A stretch of 42,239 nucleotides of DNA. It comes from a virus. Location of the stretch: the UHGV virus genome UHGV-0380056; one strand, 5' to 3'. The notes under the pieces are model-generated. The model was given only the letters and a program-made list of their open reading frames with translations. It had not been told where the DNA came from and did no database searches. Positions 8,015-16,918 of this stretch are shown here, piece by piece. The first letter of the stretch is position 1. Every line of letters begins with the position of its first letter. The translations under genes were made by a program, and so were the position numbers.

Positions 8015-8329
8015 ATGTTAAACGTAAAAGAAGGACAAACATATGTTTGTACAAAATCAGATAGACCATGGTGGACTAAAGGTGAGGAGTATGAAGTAGT
8101 ATTAAACAAGTATGGAGAATTGTGTTTCGTTGATGATGATGGAGGTAAATGGGTGATTCAATTCTGGAAGGATATTGGCGATTACTTTAAATTAAAAGAG
8201 ACGCAATCAAACACTGTAGAACCCAAGGATACACCATTTGACGTTACTAAAGTAATTCTAAAATCTTATCAACGGTATGACAATGACGCACAACGCTTGG
8301 CATATATCAAAGGATACTTTGCAAAATAA
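8015..8329 (+). CDS. hypothetical protein (104 aa)
   Basis: ORF with a GAGGAA ribosome-binding site. Confidence 0.45.
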   Translation: MLNVKEGQTYVCTKSDRPWWTKGEEYEVVLNKYGELCFVDDDGGKWVIQFWKDIGDYFKLKETQSNTVEPKDTPFDVTKVILKSYQRYDNDAQRLAYIKGYFAK

Positions 8330-8348
8330 AGAGGAGGATGATAAAATA

Positions 8349-8525
8349 ATGTACACTATTATAGTAACCAAATACAACGGCGGCGATGGTATCACAGAAA
8401 CAGAATATAACTATATTGATAAATATAAGATTACAGACGATTTTCTAATTCTGGAAGATTCTAAAATGGGTGTTTTACACTATATCACAAAGGATCAAGT
8501 GTTAGAATTTGAAGTGAATTGGTAA
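8349..8525 (+). CDS. hypothetical protein (58 aa)
   Basis: GAGGAGG ribosome-binding site immediately before ATG 8349; the longer ORF-track form has no RBS. Confidence 0.4.
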   Translation: MYTIIVTKYNGGDGITETEYNYIDKYKITDDFLILEDSKMGVLHYITKDQVLEFEVNW

Positions 8526-8551
8526 ATATAAAACGATAGGATGACTAAATA

Positions 8552-8731
8552 ATGAACTCAAACCAACTAATTACATTAACTAGAATTGATGAAACTACAG
8601 TATATGTAAACATTAATCACATTGCTGCATTCTATCACAACAAAGCTTGGGAATACACTATTGTTATCCTGTCAGATGGTACTCAATTAGACATAAAGGA
8701 TTCAGTAGAATCAATTAATAAATATTTTTAA
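8552..8731 (+). CDS. hypothetical protein (59 aa)
   Basis: ORF with a weak ribosome-binding site. Confidence 0.3.
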   Translation: MNSNQLITLTRIDETTVYVNINHIAAFYHNKAWEYTIVILSDGTQLDIKDSVESINKYF

Positions 8732-8737
8732 TGAAAA

Positions 8738-8770
8738 AGTATAGCACAAATAAAAAGTTTGTGCTATACT
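8738..8770 (+). promoter_or_regulatory. 13-bp inverted repeat AGTATAGCACAAA-N7-TTTGTGCTATACT embedding an extended -10 (TGcTATACT) for the HNH gene
   Basis: Perfect complementarity of 8738..8750 with 8758..8770. TATACT at 8765..8770, followed by the conserved leader aggtacataaataagagagg. Confidence 0.45.
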
Positions 8771-8799
8771 AGGTACATAAATAAGAGAGGAAGATTGAA

Positions 8800-9309
8800 A
8801 TGGAAGAGATTTGGAAAGATATTAAAGAATATGAAGGACTATATCAAGTAAGTAACTTGGGGAGAGTTAAGAGAGTTACAACAGGTAGAATTTTGAAAGG
8901 TAGTAAAGATAGAGGTGGGTATCTAGTAGTTAATTTATCTAAAAACAATAGTGGTTCTATGAAGAAAATTCATCGCCTAGTAGCTCAAGCGTTCATACCA
9001 AACCCAGAAAACAAAGCAGAGATTAATCATATAGACGAAGATAAGACAAACAACATGCTTTCAAATTTAGACTGGATGACGAGAAAAGAAAATAATAATC
9101 ACGGAACTAGAACAGACAGAATGGCTAAAACGCGAAGTATTCCAATCATTGCAATCAATCTAAAAACGAATGAATCTACAGAGTTCTATGGAGCTAGTGA
9201 ATGCGCTAGAAAACTAGGGTTACATCAACCAAGCATTACACATGTACTAAACGGCAGACGTAAACAAACTGGTGGATACACGTTTAAATATAAGGAGGAG
9301 CGGAAATAA
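8800..9309 (+). CDS. HNH homing endonuclease (NUMOD4 + HNH_3 + C-terminal DNA-binding module)
   Basis: [25 protein letters not shown]; [42 protein letters not shown]; C-terminal [13 protein letters not shown]. Confidence 0.85.
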   Translation: MEEIWKDIKEYEGLYQVSNLGRVKRVTTGRILKGSKDRGGYLVVNLSKNNSGSMKKIHRLVAQAFIPNPENKAEINHIDEDKTNNMLSNLDWMTRKENNNHGTRTDRMAKTRSIPIIAINLKTNESTEFYGASECARKLGLHQPSITHVLNGRRKQTGGYTFKYKEERK

Positions 9310-10895
9310 TGAATGAACTAACGAAAATTGACTATTCAGCACCAGTTGAAGAGTTACTACCAGTTTCAAATAAAAACTTTCCAAGTGAGGAGTTTGTGGA
9401 TTTCAAATCAGAGCTAGGACGAATGTACTATGGAGGAAAAGACGGCACACAACCAAAATTTGAGATTCAACAGGAATTATTTATTGATAAATTTAACCAA
9501 CTAGCATATGTGTACGCTCACCCTAACTTAAACGCGCCATACGTATACAATGCAGACACACGTATCTGGTCTGAGGTAAATCTAGGTAGTTACAAATATT
9601 CAGATTGGTATTTTGAGAACATTTTATCACCAAAATTCACACCACAATTCAGAAACCCAGAGTTTGGGAATGAAATTCGTAAGGAAATGAAGAAATTAGC
9701 ACCTGAATTGGCTAATCGCTCTATGACACGTGGAGAACAGGCACCACTAGGTGACAACCCTAACCCTAACATTATCGCATTTGAGAATGGCACGTATGAC
9801 TTTAAAACAAATGACATTCGTGAAACAAGGTTGGAAGATTATCATACACTTCAACTACCATATCCTTTAATTAAGACAGATGAAACAGATGAATTACTAG
9901 CTAAACAATGGATTGATTATTTGCTGAAAGACCAAGCCCAGACATTATATGAGTATATTGGGTACATGTATTATAGAGAGTACAAATATCAATCTATTTT
10001 ATACCTATTAGGTAATGGTTCAAATGGTAAATCTTACGTTGGGGGGTTTATCATGAACAAATTAATTGGGTTCAAAAACAGTTCAGCAGTTGGCCTAGAC
10101 AATTTAGCAGATAAGAGCAACCGTTTTGATAAAGCTTCATTACACCATAAATTATTGAACTTTGAAGCTGATTCAAGTGCAAACTTTGTAAAAGGTACTG
10201 AGACACTGAAAAAACTTTCAGGTGGTCTTGATGCTGTTCACGCTGAGAAAAAAGGAAAAGATGCGTTTAGTTTTACCAATTATGCAAAACTAATGTTCTC
10301 AATGAATGAGCTGCCAGCCTTTAACGACCGCACAAATGGATGGTATAGACGTATTCTTATCCTAAACTTTAACACTAATCTTGATACACCAGAAGCACGT
10401 GAACGCATTAATGAGTTCAACAAACAACGTGAGGAACGTGAGTCAAAAGAGCAACTAGGTAAATTTGCATGGTTCTGTATTCAACAATTTAAAAAGATTT
10501 TAGACGCTGGTACAAATGGTGAAAACCCATTCACAGAGACAGAAGATATGATTGCCTTCAAGAAAGCTTACATTGAATCAAATGACCCATCTAAAGAGTT
10601 TTTGAGTGAAGTACCTGTCATTGTGGAAGATGAAGAAGGAACCGTTAACCTAACACTATTGAAGAATATTTTTAACGTGTACACGAAAGAGAATAATATT
10701 AATAAGTCAATGAACTGGCGCACCATGAAAGAATTATTATTGAAGCAAGGCTTTGAGGAAAAACGGACAAGTAAAGCACGAGTACTAACTGGTCTAAAGA
10801 TTGCACGTAATGGAGATGCTGACGCGGTTAAACCTTATCTAATGAACGCACTAGCAGGGACAGAGTATGTAAATATTTTCAATGATGTAGAATAG
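9309..10895 (+). CDS. DNA primase-helicase (D5 N-terminal / P4-type SF3 ATPase)
   Basis: Walker A YLLGNGSNGKSY, with a downstream Walker B / D5-like region. Confidence 0.7.
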   Translation: MNELTKIDYSAPVEELLPVSNKNFPSEEFVDFKSELGRMYYGGKDGTQPKFEIQQELFIDKFNQLAYVYAHPNLNAPYVYNADTRIWSEVNLGSYKYSDWYFENILSPKFTPQFRNPEFGNEIRKEMKKLAPELANRSMTRGEQAPLGDNPNPNIIAFENGTYDFKTNDIRETRLEDYHTLQLPYPLIKTDETDELLAKQWIDYLLKDQAQTLYEYIGYMYYREYKYQSILYLLGNGSNGKSYVGGFIMNKLIGFKNSSAVGLDNLADKSNRFDKASLHHKLLNFEADSSANFVKGTETLKKLSGGLDAVHAEKKGKDAFSFTNYAKLMFSMNELPAFNDRTNGWYRRILILNFNTNLDTPEARERINEFNKQREERESKEQLGKFAWFCIQQFKKILDAGTNGENPFTETEDMIAFKKAYIESNDPSKEFLSEVPVIVEDEEGTVNLTLLKNIFNVYTKENNINKSMNWRTMKELLLKQGFEEKRTSKARVLTGLKIARNGDADAVKPYLMNALAGTEYVNIFNDVE

Positions 10896-10907
10896 GAGAT
10901 TTTATTT

Positions 10908-11405
10908 ATGAAAGAAATTTGGAAAGATATTGAAGGATATGAAGGAGTTTATCATGTGAGTAACTTAGGACGAGTGAAGAGAGTTGCAACAAATAGAGTT
11001 TTACAACCATATAGAAACAAAGTTGGCTATTTACTAGTTTATTTATGTAAAAACGGTAAGCGTAAAACTCATAGAATCCACCGTTTAGTAGCACAATCTT
11101 TCATACCAAACCCAGAAAATAAACCAGAAGTTAATCACCTAGACGAAAATAAGATTAATAACATGGTTTCAAATCTAGAATGGTCAACTAGAAAAGAAAA
11201 CTGTAACTATGGAACACGTAATGAAAGACTTAGTATCCCAATTATAGCAACTAAGCTAAAGACTGGTGAATCTAGAGAGTTCTATGGAACTAATGAATGT
11301 GCTAGAAAACTAGCGTTAAATAATGCACACATTACAAGTGTTCTAAAAGGTAGATTGAAACAAACAGGTGGATACACATTCCAATATAAGGAGGAAGAAG
11401 GATGA
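10908..11405 (+). CDS. HNH homing endonuclease (NUMOD4 + HNH_3)
   Basis: MKEIWKDIEGYEGVYHVSNLGRVKRV; [28 protein letters not shown]; C-terminal KQTGGYTFQYKEEEG. Confidence 0.85.
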   Translation: MKEIWKDIEGYEGVYHVSNLGRVKRVATNRVLQPYRNKVGYLLVYLCKNGKRKTHRIHRLVAQSFIPNPENKPEVNHLDENKINNMVSNLEWSTRKENCNYGTRNERLSIPIIATKLKTGESREFYGTNECARKLALNNAHITSVLKGRLKQTGGYTFQYKEEEG

Positions 11406-11626
11406 ACAAATATTATGTATACACAGTAAATAGTGATGAACCATTTGTGGTAAGGACAACAAATGACTTACAACAAAACTATATATCTGCCATTGTTGAA
11501 ACAAACGGAGTAGGTACTTGGCGTTTTGAGTATGAAGGAGAGGAAAAACCAGGTAGAACACCAACCAGGTATGACAGTGTGTTTAGCTTAGAACATATTG
11601 TATCTATTGTAAAAATAATTGAATAA
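11402..11626 (+). CDS. hypothetical protein (74 aa)
   Basis: ORF whose Shine-Dalgarno is provided by the HNH 3' end (tataaggaggaagaaggATG). Confidence 0.45.
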   Translation: MNKYYVYTVNSDEPFVVRTTNDLQQNYISAIVETNGVGTWRFEYEGEEKPGRTPTRYDSVFSLEHIVSIVKIIE

Positions 11627-11640
11627 TTTTAAACTTTACC

Positions 11641-11669
11641 CTTGACTTATTGTTGAGGGTATTGTATTA
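11641..11669 (+). promoter_or_regulatory. consensus promoter TTGACT-17-TATTAT
   Basis: TTGACT at 11641..11646, TATTAT at 11664..11669. Confidence 0.5.
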
Positions 11670-11699
11670 TATAAATATAGAGATGAGGGAGGACTTAAA

Positions 11700-11897
11700 A
11701 TGAAATTACATGAATTAACAAAACAATATGAAGATTTAAGAACTGAAGCAGAAATGTTGGAATCATGGATAGTGTATGCAGATTCAATTGAATTAAATGC
11801 CTTGGGAAATGAATTAGAAGACAGACTTGACAAAGTTGAAAGTCTAATGTATGTTGTAAATACACAAATTAAGAAATTGGAGGTTCACAACCAATGA
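11700..11897 (+). CDS. hypothetical coiled-coil protein (65 aa)
   Basis: ORF with a GGGAGG ribosome-binding site. Confidence 0.45.
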   Translation: MKLHELTKQYEDLRTEAEMLESWIVYADSIELNALGNELEDRLDKVESLMYVVNTQIKKLEVHNQ

Positions 11898-11987
11898 CAG
11901 TTACAATTGCAAGTTTATTATTTATGGGTGCAGCACTAACAAGTATTGCAGTACTACTTAAATGGCTAGAAGAAGGAGGATATTAAA

Positions 11988-12170
11988 ATGTATACTGTTG
12001 GTAGAGATCCAGAGCACACTTATGCTATTGAAGTATTGAACGATAAAGGAGAATGGGTAAGGGATATGTATGATGTGCCTATAGATATATATAGCATACA
12101 GAAGCTGGCTCAACATTATAAATTACGAGGATACACACTAAAACAAATTAGAATAGTGAAGGTGATTTAA
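11988..12170 (+). CDS. hypothetical protein (60 aa)
   Basis: ORF with a GGAGGA ribosome-binding site. Confidence 0.4.
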   Translation: MYTVGRDPEHTYAIEVLNDKGEWVRDMYDVPIDIYSIQKLAQHYKLRGYTLKQIRIVKVI

Positions 12171-12171
12171 G

Positions 12172-12387
12172 ATGGATAAATTGAATTACAGAAAAGATCT
12201 AACAACAGAAACGAATGAGCACGTGAGTGTTGGAACGTATGACAACGATAGTGATATTTACATTAGATTACTAGACGATGAAGATGATTGTGCCCTTGTA
12301 ACACTAACTCTGAAAGAGGCACAACGTGTGAAGCGCTATTTATCAGAAGCTATTACAACTAATAAGATGAATTGGGAGGAAGAATGA
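12172..12387 (+). CDS. hypothetical protein (71 aa)
   Basis: ORF with a ribosome-binding site. Confidence 0.4.
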   Translation: MDKLNYRKDLTTETNEHVSVGTYDNDSDIYIRLLDDEDDCALVTLTLKEAQRVKRYLSEAITTNKMNWEEE

Positions 12388-12737
12388 TGAAGGAAGCACA
12401 GTTTTCAAGAGAAGTAACACAGTATTTAGAGAGTAAAGGAGCAATAGTTAATAACCAAACAGGTAGCATGTTTTCTAAAGTTGGTGTATCTGACTTGTTA
12501 GTTTGCTACAAAGGTTACTTTATTGCGTTAGAATTGAAAACTGGTAGATATACCGCAGATCCGTTGCAAATTAGTTACTTACAAAACGTAAGAGAAGCTG
12601 GAGGGTTTGGATTGATTCTGCGAGATACTATTCAAGAGTTAATGGTGTTATTATCTTGTATTGATAATGGAATTGAACGTCAGTACGAGCAACCAGAATT
12701 GCCAGAAATTGAGATTGATAAAATCATATTTGATTAA
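12384..12737 (+). CDS. VRR-NUC domain nuclease (PD-(D/E)xK fold)
   Basis: GVSDLLVCYKGYFIALELKT, i.e. the D...E.K catalytic motif. GGGAGG ribosome-binding site. Confidence 0.65.
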   Translation: MMKEAQFSREVTQYLESKGAIVNNQTGSMFSKVGVSDLLVCYKGYFIALELKTGRYTADPLQISYLQNVREAGGFGLILRDTIQELMVLLSCIDNGIERQYEQPELPEIEIDKIIFD

Positions 12738-12787
12738 TGTGTCAAGATGATAAAAGTTATGGTATACTATAATAAAGGAGTGATACA

Positions 12788-13477
12788 ATGTATATAGTAT
12801 ATTTACATGTTAACAGAGTAAACAATAAAAAATATTTTGGAATAACGTCACAAAATCCACTGAAGAGATGGAATAATGGAAAAAATTATAGTAGTAAGCA
12901 TTTTAAAAACTCAATATTAAAATATGGGTGGGAAAATTTCAATCACTTTATTATAAAATAAGGATTAACAAAAACGGAGGCGTGTCTACTAGAGATTAAG
13001 TTGATTAATAAATATAATACTACAGACCAGCAATATGGATATAACATATCTGTAGGAGGTGACTGTCCAGCAAGAGGTATGAAACATTCCAAAGAATTTA
13101 AAGAGCAACAGAGTGTACGTAGTAAAAATATAAATTGGACATTAGAAAAGAGGAGTAATATCAGTAAAGGTCTTAGAAATCACTATTTAATGCATGAGTC
13201 ACCATTAAAAGGTAGACCTCAGTCATCTGAACACATTAAGGCTAGAAGCGAGGCACTACGTGGTAGAAAAATATCAGTTGATACACGAGATAAAATATCT
13301 AAAACATTAGGTGGGAGATTATTCAAAGCTACTAATATTGAAACAGGAGAGGTGATATATAGTCACAATCAAACGGCAACAGCTAAAAAGCTTAATGTGC
13401 GTAGAACAGGGCTGAGAAGATGTTTAAACAACGAGCAAAAACAAACAGGGGGCTACACTTTTGAATATGCAAAATAA
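12788..13477 (+). pseudogene. GIY-YIG homing endonuclease interrupted by an in-frame TAA (12959..12961). The N-terminal GIY-YIG fragment is 12788..12961; the remainder is the TTG-start ORF 13001..13477
   Basis: The N-terminal fragment reads MYIVYLHVNRVNNKKYFGIT...KYGWENFNHFIIK, then a stop, then GLTKTEACLLEIKLINKYNTTDQQYGYNISVGG. This is colinear with the intact GIY-YIG at 38358..38915 (YGWDNFNHFIIVDKLTKDEADSLEIKLIQAYDTTTTGYNICHGG). The C-terminal module ends QKQTGGYTFEYAK, like the HNH family. Confidence 0.7.
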
Positions 13478-14771
13478 AATAGGTAAAGTAGAACTTCTTC
13501 CACATCAAGTTGAAGCTATTGAATTATCTGATAAAAAGAATTTTGACTTATCATCCGCTGGAACTGGAAAAACGTACTCAGCACTGGGTGCTTATTTGAA
13601 AAGTGGATGTAGTAAATTATTAGTGGTCTGCTTAGCCCCTAAAGTAGCTGATTTTGCAGAAGATGGTAACTTAATGGGAATTACCATTACCCCGTTAAAC
13701 AAAGGAACTGCTAAAAATAAAAAGTTATTATCAGAATCAGATAGAGTAGCCATTAGTTTTGAGAGTAGTTGGCGCTTAACTGATTTGTTGAAATGGGTTA
13801 ACAACGATACTTATATTTTAATTGATGAAAGCCATAAGGTCTCAGTACCAAAATCAAAAGTAACTAAATTCATGATGAGCTTATGTAAAAAGACCACTCA
13901 TGTTAGATTATTAACCGCAACCCCAGTAGCAAACGGAAAACTAGAAAACTACTATAGTCAATTATATATGTTAAATGTGTTCCGCAAGCCAAAAAAAGAG
14001 TTCTATGAGTTATTCGTAACTGAACGCATGCAACAAATGGGATCCGCTAGATTCATGCAGATTATTGGTTACCGCAACGAGCACTTATTGAAACAAATGA
14101 TTGATAAAGTAAGTGTTAGGTATGAACGTGATAAACCATATATGCCACAAGATTTTTATTATAAGACCAAAAAGCCTGCGTTTTATAATAAATTAAAGAA
14201 AGTCAGAATGTACAAAGACGACCTAGATAATATTATTGAGCTAGACAATAGTAGTAAATTATTTAACGCACTGCGTCAAGTATCACATGGTTTTCTTAAA
14301 GGTGTACACAAACAGGTGTCTAAAGAACCGTTTGAGCGTTTACAAGCAGTACTAGAAGAATACAGTGGTGAACGAGTGGTCATATTTTATAATTACAACG
14401 CAGAGTTTTATATGATTTCAGAACTGTTAAATAAACTAAAAAGACCGTACAGTAGTTATAATGGAAATAATAAAGATTTGACTAATTTCAAAGACTATGA
14501 TAATGGAGTGGTTTTAGCCCAATATAAAAGTGCGAGTACAGGTATCAATAGCTTGAAAATAGCTAGTGTATGCGTATTCAATTCTATGCCATTAAGTTCT
14601 ACAGACTATATTCAGGCAAAAGCTAGAGTTGATAGATTTGGTCAGGAGCGTACACCTAACTTTATCCACATTATTCCAGATACACCCATTGAGAAAAAGA
14701 TATTTGAAACAGTCACAAATGGAAAAGATTTTACAAATGAAATGATTGAAAGTGTTGACAAGTATAGCTAA
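13461..14771 (+). CDS. SF2 DNA helicase (DEAD/DEAH or SNF2-like)
   Basis: LPHQVEAIE; Walker A SAGTGKTY; DESH box LIDESHKV; motif VI QAKARVDRFGQ. Confidence 0.7.
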   Translation: MNMQNKIGKVELLPHQVEAIELSDKKNFDLSSAGTGKTYSALGAYLKSGCSKLLVVCLAPKVADFAEDGNLMGITITPLNKGTAKNKKLLSESDRVAISFESSWRLTDLLKWVNNDTYILIDESHKVSVPKSKVTKFMMSLCKKTTHVRLLTATPVANGKLENYYSQLYMLNVFRKPKKEFYELFVTERMQQMGSARFMQIIGYRNEHLLKQMIDKVSVRYERDKPYMPQDFYYKTKKPAFYNKLKKVRMYKDDLDNIIELDNSSKLFNALRQVSHGFLKGVHKQVSKEPFERLQAVLEEYSGERVVIFYNYNAEFYMISELLNKLKRPYSSYNGNNKDLTNFKDYDNGVVLAQYKSASTGINSLKIASVCVFNSMPLSSTDYIQAKARVDRFGQERTPNFIHIIPDTPIEKKIFETVTNGKDFTNEMIESVDKYS

Positions 14772-14784
14772 TCATGCTATACTT
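14755..14784 (+). promoter_or_regulatory. consensus promoter TTGACA-17-TATACT whose spacer and -10 form a 9-bp inverted repeat (AAGTATAGC-N7-GCTATACTT)
   Basis: TTGACA at 14755..14760 (inside the end of the helicase CDS). TATACT at 14778..14783, followed by the conserved leader ttgtacataaataagaggagg. Confidence 0.5.
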
Positions 14785-14815
14785 TGTACATAAATAAGAG
14801 GAGGTATTAAATACT

Positions 14816-15352
14816 ATGGAGGAACAGTGGAAAGATATACCGTTATTAAGTAGATATCAAATAAGTAGCTTGGGTAGAGTTAAATCAAAACAAAGAACTA
14901 CTAAATGCAACAAAGGGGTTATAAATAGAAAAGAAAGACTTATGACACCTCAATTAAGAGGTAAAAAAGGGTATGAATATGAGTGTATTAGATTGAAAAC
15001 AGATTTAGGATATACCAAATATTACAGTATCCATCGTCTAGTAGCTCAAGCATTCATACCAAATCCTGAAAACAAACCAACAGTAGACCATATCAATCGT
15101 GATAGGCTAGATAATAGGGTTAAAAATTTAAGATGGGCAACATATGAGGAACAGCAGTCTAATAAAATAGTTTCAACAGGACAAGCAAAGATACCTGTAA
15201 AAGCTATTGATAAATCAGGTAATGTATATTATTATGATGGTGTTATAGAAGCATCAAAAGCGTTGGATGTTGACACTGGAACAATATGTAAAGTACTATC
15301 TAATAAGTATATTAATAAAACAGGTGGAGGTTATTATTTTGAAAAAAATTAA
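14816..15352 (+). CDS. HNH homing endonuclease (HNH_3)
   Basis: [38 protein letters not shown]-terminus ...[10 protein letters not shown]. Confidence 0.8.
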   Translation: MEEQWKDIPLLSRYQISSLGRVKSKQRTTKCNKGVINRKERLMTPQLRGKKGYEYECIRLKTDLGYTKYYSIHRLVAQAFIPNPENKPTVDHINRDRLDNRVKNLRWATYEEQQSNKIVSTGQAKIPVKAIDKSGNVYYYDGVIEASKALDVDTGTICKVLSNKYINKTGGGYYFEKN

Positions 15353-16088
15353 ACGATTACGAATTAAGAAAAACGCAAAGTCACCACTGGTGGCAGGAGC
15401 ATTCCAAGGTGAAGATGATCAATTAGTTGATAAATGGATAGCAGAAGGAGGAAATGTAGCCTATGCTACTGGACAAACAAGTGGTATTGCGGTAATAGAC
15501 ATTGATAATCACAATGGAGTAGATGGGCTTAGTAACTTGAAAGAGTTCTTGGATACTTATGATATTGAGTTACCAAAAACTAAAGTTGTTAGGACACCAA
15601 GCGGAGGTTATCATTACCATTTTAAACTTGATGATAAATATAATGACGTACAATTCATTCAAAATCATTCTCAACTAGAAGGAGTTGATTTTCAAACACA
15701 TGGCAGAATAGTATTAGCACCACCTAGTCAAATTGACGGAAAGTATTATGAAGTAGTGCGTGACGTAGAACTCGCAGAACTACCTGAGAAATGGTTAGAA
15801 ATGTTCACAGATAAAACGATTACAAAAAAGAATAAGAAGCGCGAGAAGAAATGGACTGGTCAATTAATGGAAAGTATACTTACTGGTGCAGGCGCTGGGT
15901 CAAGAAATATATTTTTAGCCTCAACAATCGGTAAGCTATTCGCAACAGGAATGGATCATGACGCGGTTAGGGTATGGAGCTTATATGTAAACCAGATTTC
16001 ATTAAATCCACCACTACCAGAAGAGGAGGTGTTAAGAACATATGAATCAGTTAGAAAGCGTGAATTACGAAGAATGGCGGACGATTAA
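15337..16088 (+). CDS. primase-polymerase (PrimPol / archaeo-eukaryotic primase-like domain), probably TTG start
   Basis: [12 protein letters not shown]...[13 protein letters not shown]...[17 protein letters not shown]. The Shine-Dalgarno GGTGGAGG is provided by the HNH 3' end. Confidence 0.65.
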
Positions 16089-16578
16089 AGGATATGAAGG
16101 TAGATATGAGGTTAGTAACTTAGGTAGAGTTAGAAGTTTAAATTACAATAACCAAAAAGGAAATATAAAAGTTAGACCAAGTGTTCCTCATAAACATGGG
16201 TATAGACAAATTAAACTAGGTAATAAAAGCAAATTAATCCACCGTCTAGTAGCAGAAGCATTTATCCCAAACCATGAAAATAAACCTTGTGTTAATCATC
16301 TGGACGAGGATAAGACAAATAATAGAGTTGATAACTTAGAATGGGTAACAAAGAAAGAAAATAACAATTATGGTACTAAGAATATTAGAAGCGCATACAA
16401 GAATAAATACATTTCTGGAAACTTCAAATCCGTAAGTTGCTCAAATGGAGTAGAGTATTTTAGTGTGTCAGAAGCTTGTCGTCAATTAGATTTAGACCCA
16501 AGTACTGTCGTAAAAATTCTAAAAGGTACACGTAAAAGTACTAGAGGCTACACCTTTAAATATAAGGAGGAAGAGTGA
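16042..16578 (+). CDS. HNH homing endonuclease (NUMOD4 + HNH_3)
   Basis: [21 protein letters not shown]; [28 protein letters not shown]; C-terminal [12 protein letters not shown]. Confidence 0.85.
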   Translation: MNQLESVNYEEWRTIKGYEGRYEVSNLGRVRSLNYNNQKGNIKVRPSVPHKHGYRQIKLGNKSKLIHRLVAEAFIPNHENKPCVNHLDEDKTNNRVDNLEWVTKKENNNYGTKNIRSAYKNKYISGNFKSVSCSNGVEYFSVSEACRQLDLDPSTVVKILKGTRKSTRGYTFKYKEEE

Positions 16579-16778
16579 TGGATAAACAATTATTTAACAC
16601 TGAGTTTAAAAATGGATATTGCGTAACAGTAGTCAGTCAATCAAGATTTGAGTTAAAATACCATGTAGAAGTTTTCCATGTTTCTGACCCACACGATATC
16701 CATAGGGTTGATTTTCATTCAGCACGTGAGGTTTTTGGATATTTATCAGATATTCAAAATTATAAACAAAAAGACTAG
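16575..16778 (+). CDS. hypothetical protein (67 aa)
   Basis: ORF whose Shine-Dalgarno comes from the HNH 3' end (tataaggaggaagagtgATG). Confidence 0.45.
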   Translation: MMDKQLFNTEFKNGYCVTVVSQSRFELKYHVEVFHVSDPHDIHRVDFHSAREVFGYLSDIQNYKQKD

Positions 16779-16793
16779 TCAATTGACTAGTCT
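16772..16793. promoter_or_regulatory. 22-bp perfect palindrome AGACTAGTCAATTGACTAGTCT overlapping the stop codon
   Basis: agactagtcaa | ttgactagtct. Followed by the tandem purine run agagaggaggaagaggagg, with no T tract. Confidence 0.4.
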
Positions 16794-16856
16794 AAGAGAG
16801 GAGGAAGAGGAGGAATTCTCCCTATAAATAATTATACCATAAAATAAAAGATTTGT

Positions 16857-16885
16857 GTTGACATTGAACCAAGAATATGTTAAGA
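16857..16885 (+). promoter_or_regulatory. promoter TTGACA-17-TAAGAT
   Basis: TTGACA at 16857..16862; TAAGAT at 16880..16885. Confidence 0.45.
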
Positions 16886-16918
16886 TTAAAATAGTTAAAA
16901 GAGAGAGGATATGATAAG

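Noticed and set aside
10906-11094. Minus-strand ORFs in the early arm: 10906-11094, 11343-11564, 11636-11833, 17709-17897, 21003-21293, 21672-22045, 22179-22364, 25375-25566
   Set aside because: They overlap plus-strand genes that have strong ribosome-binding sites and domain signatures, so they are not counted as genes.
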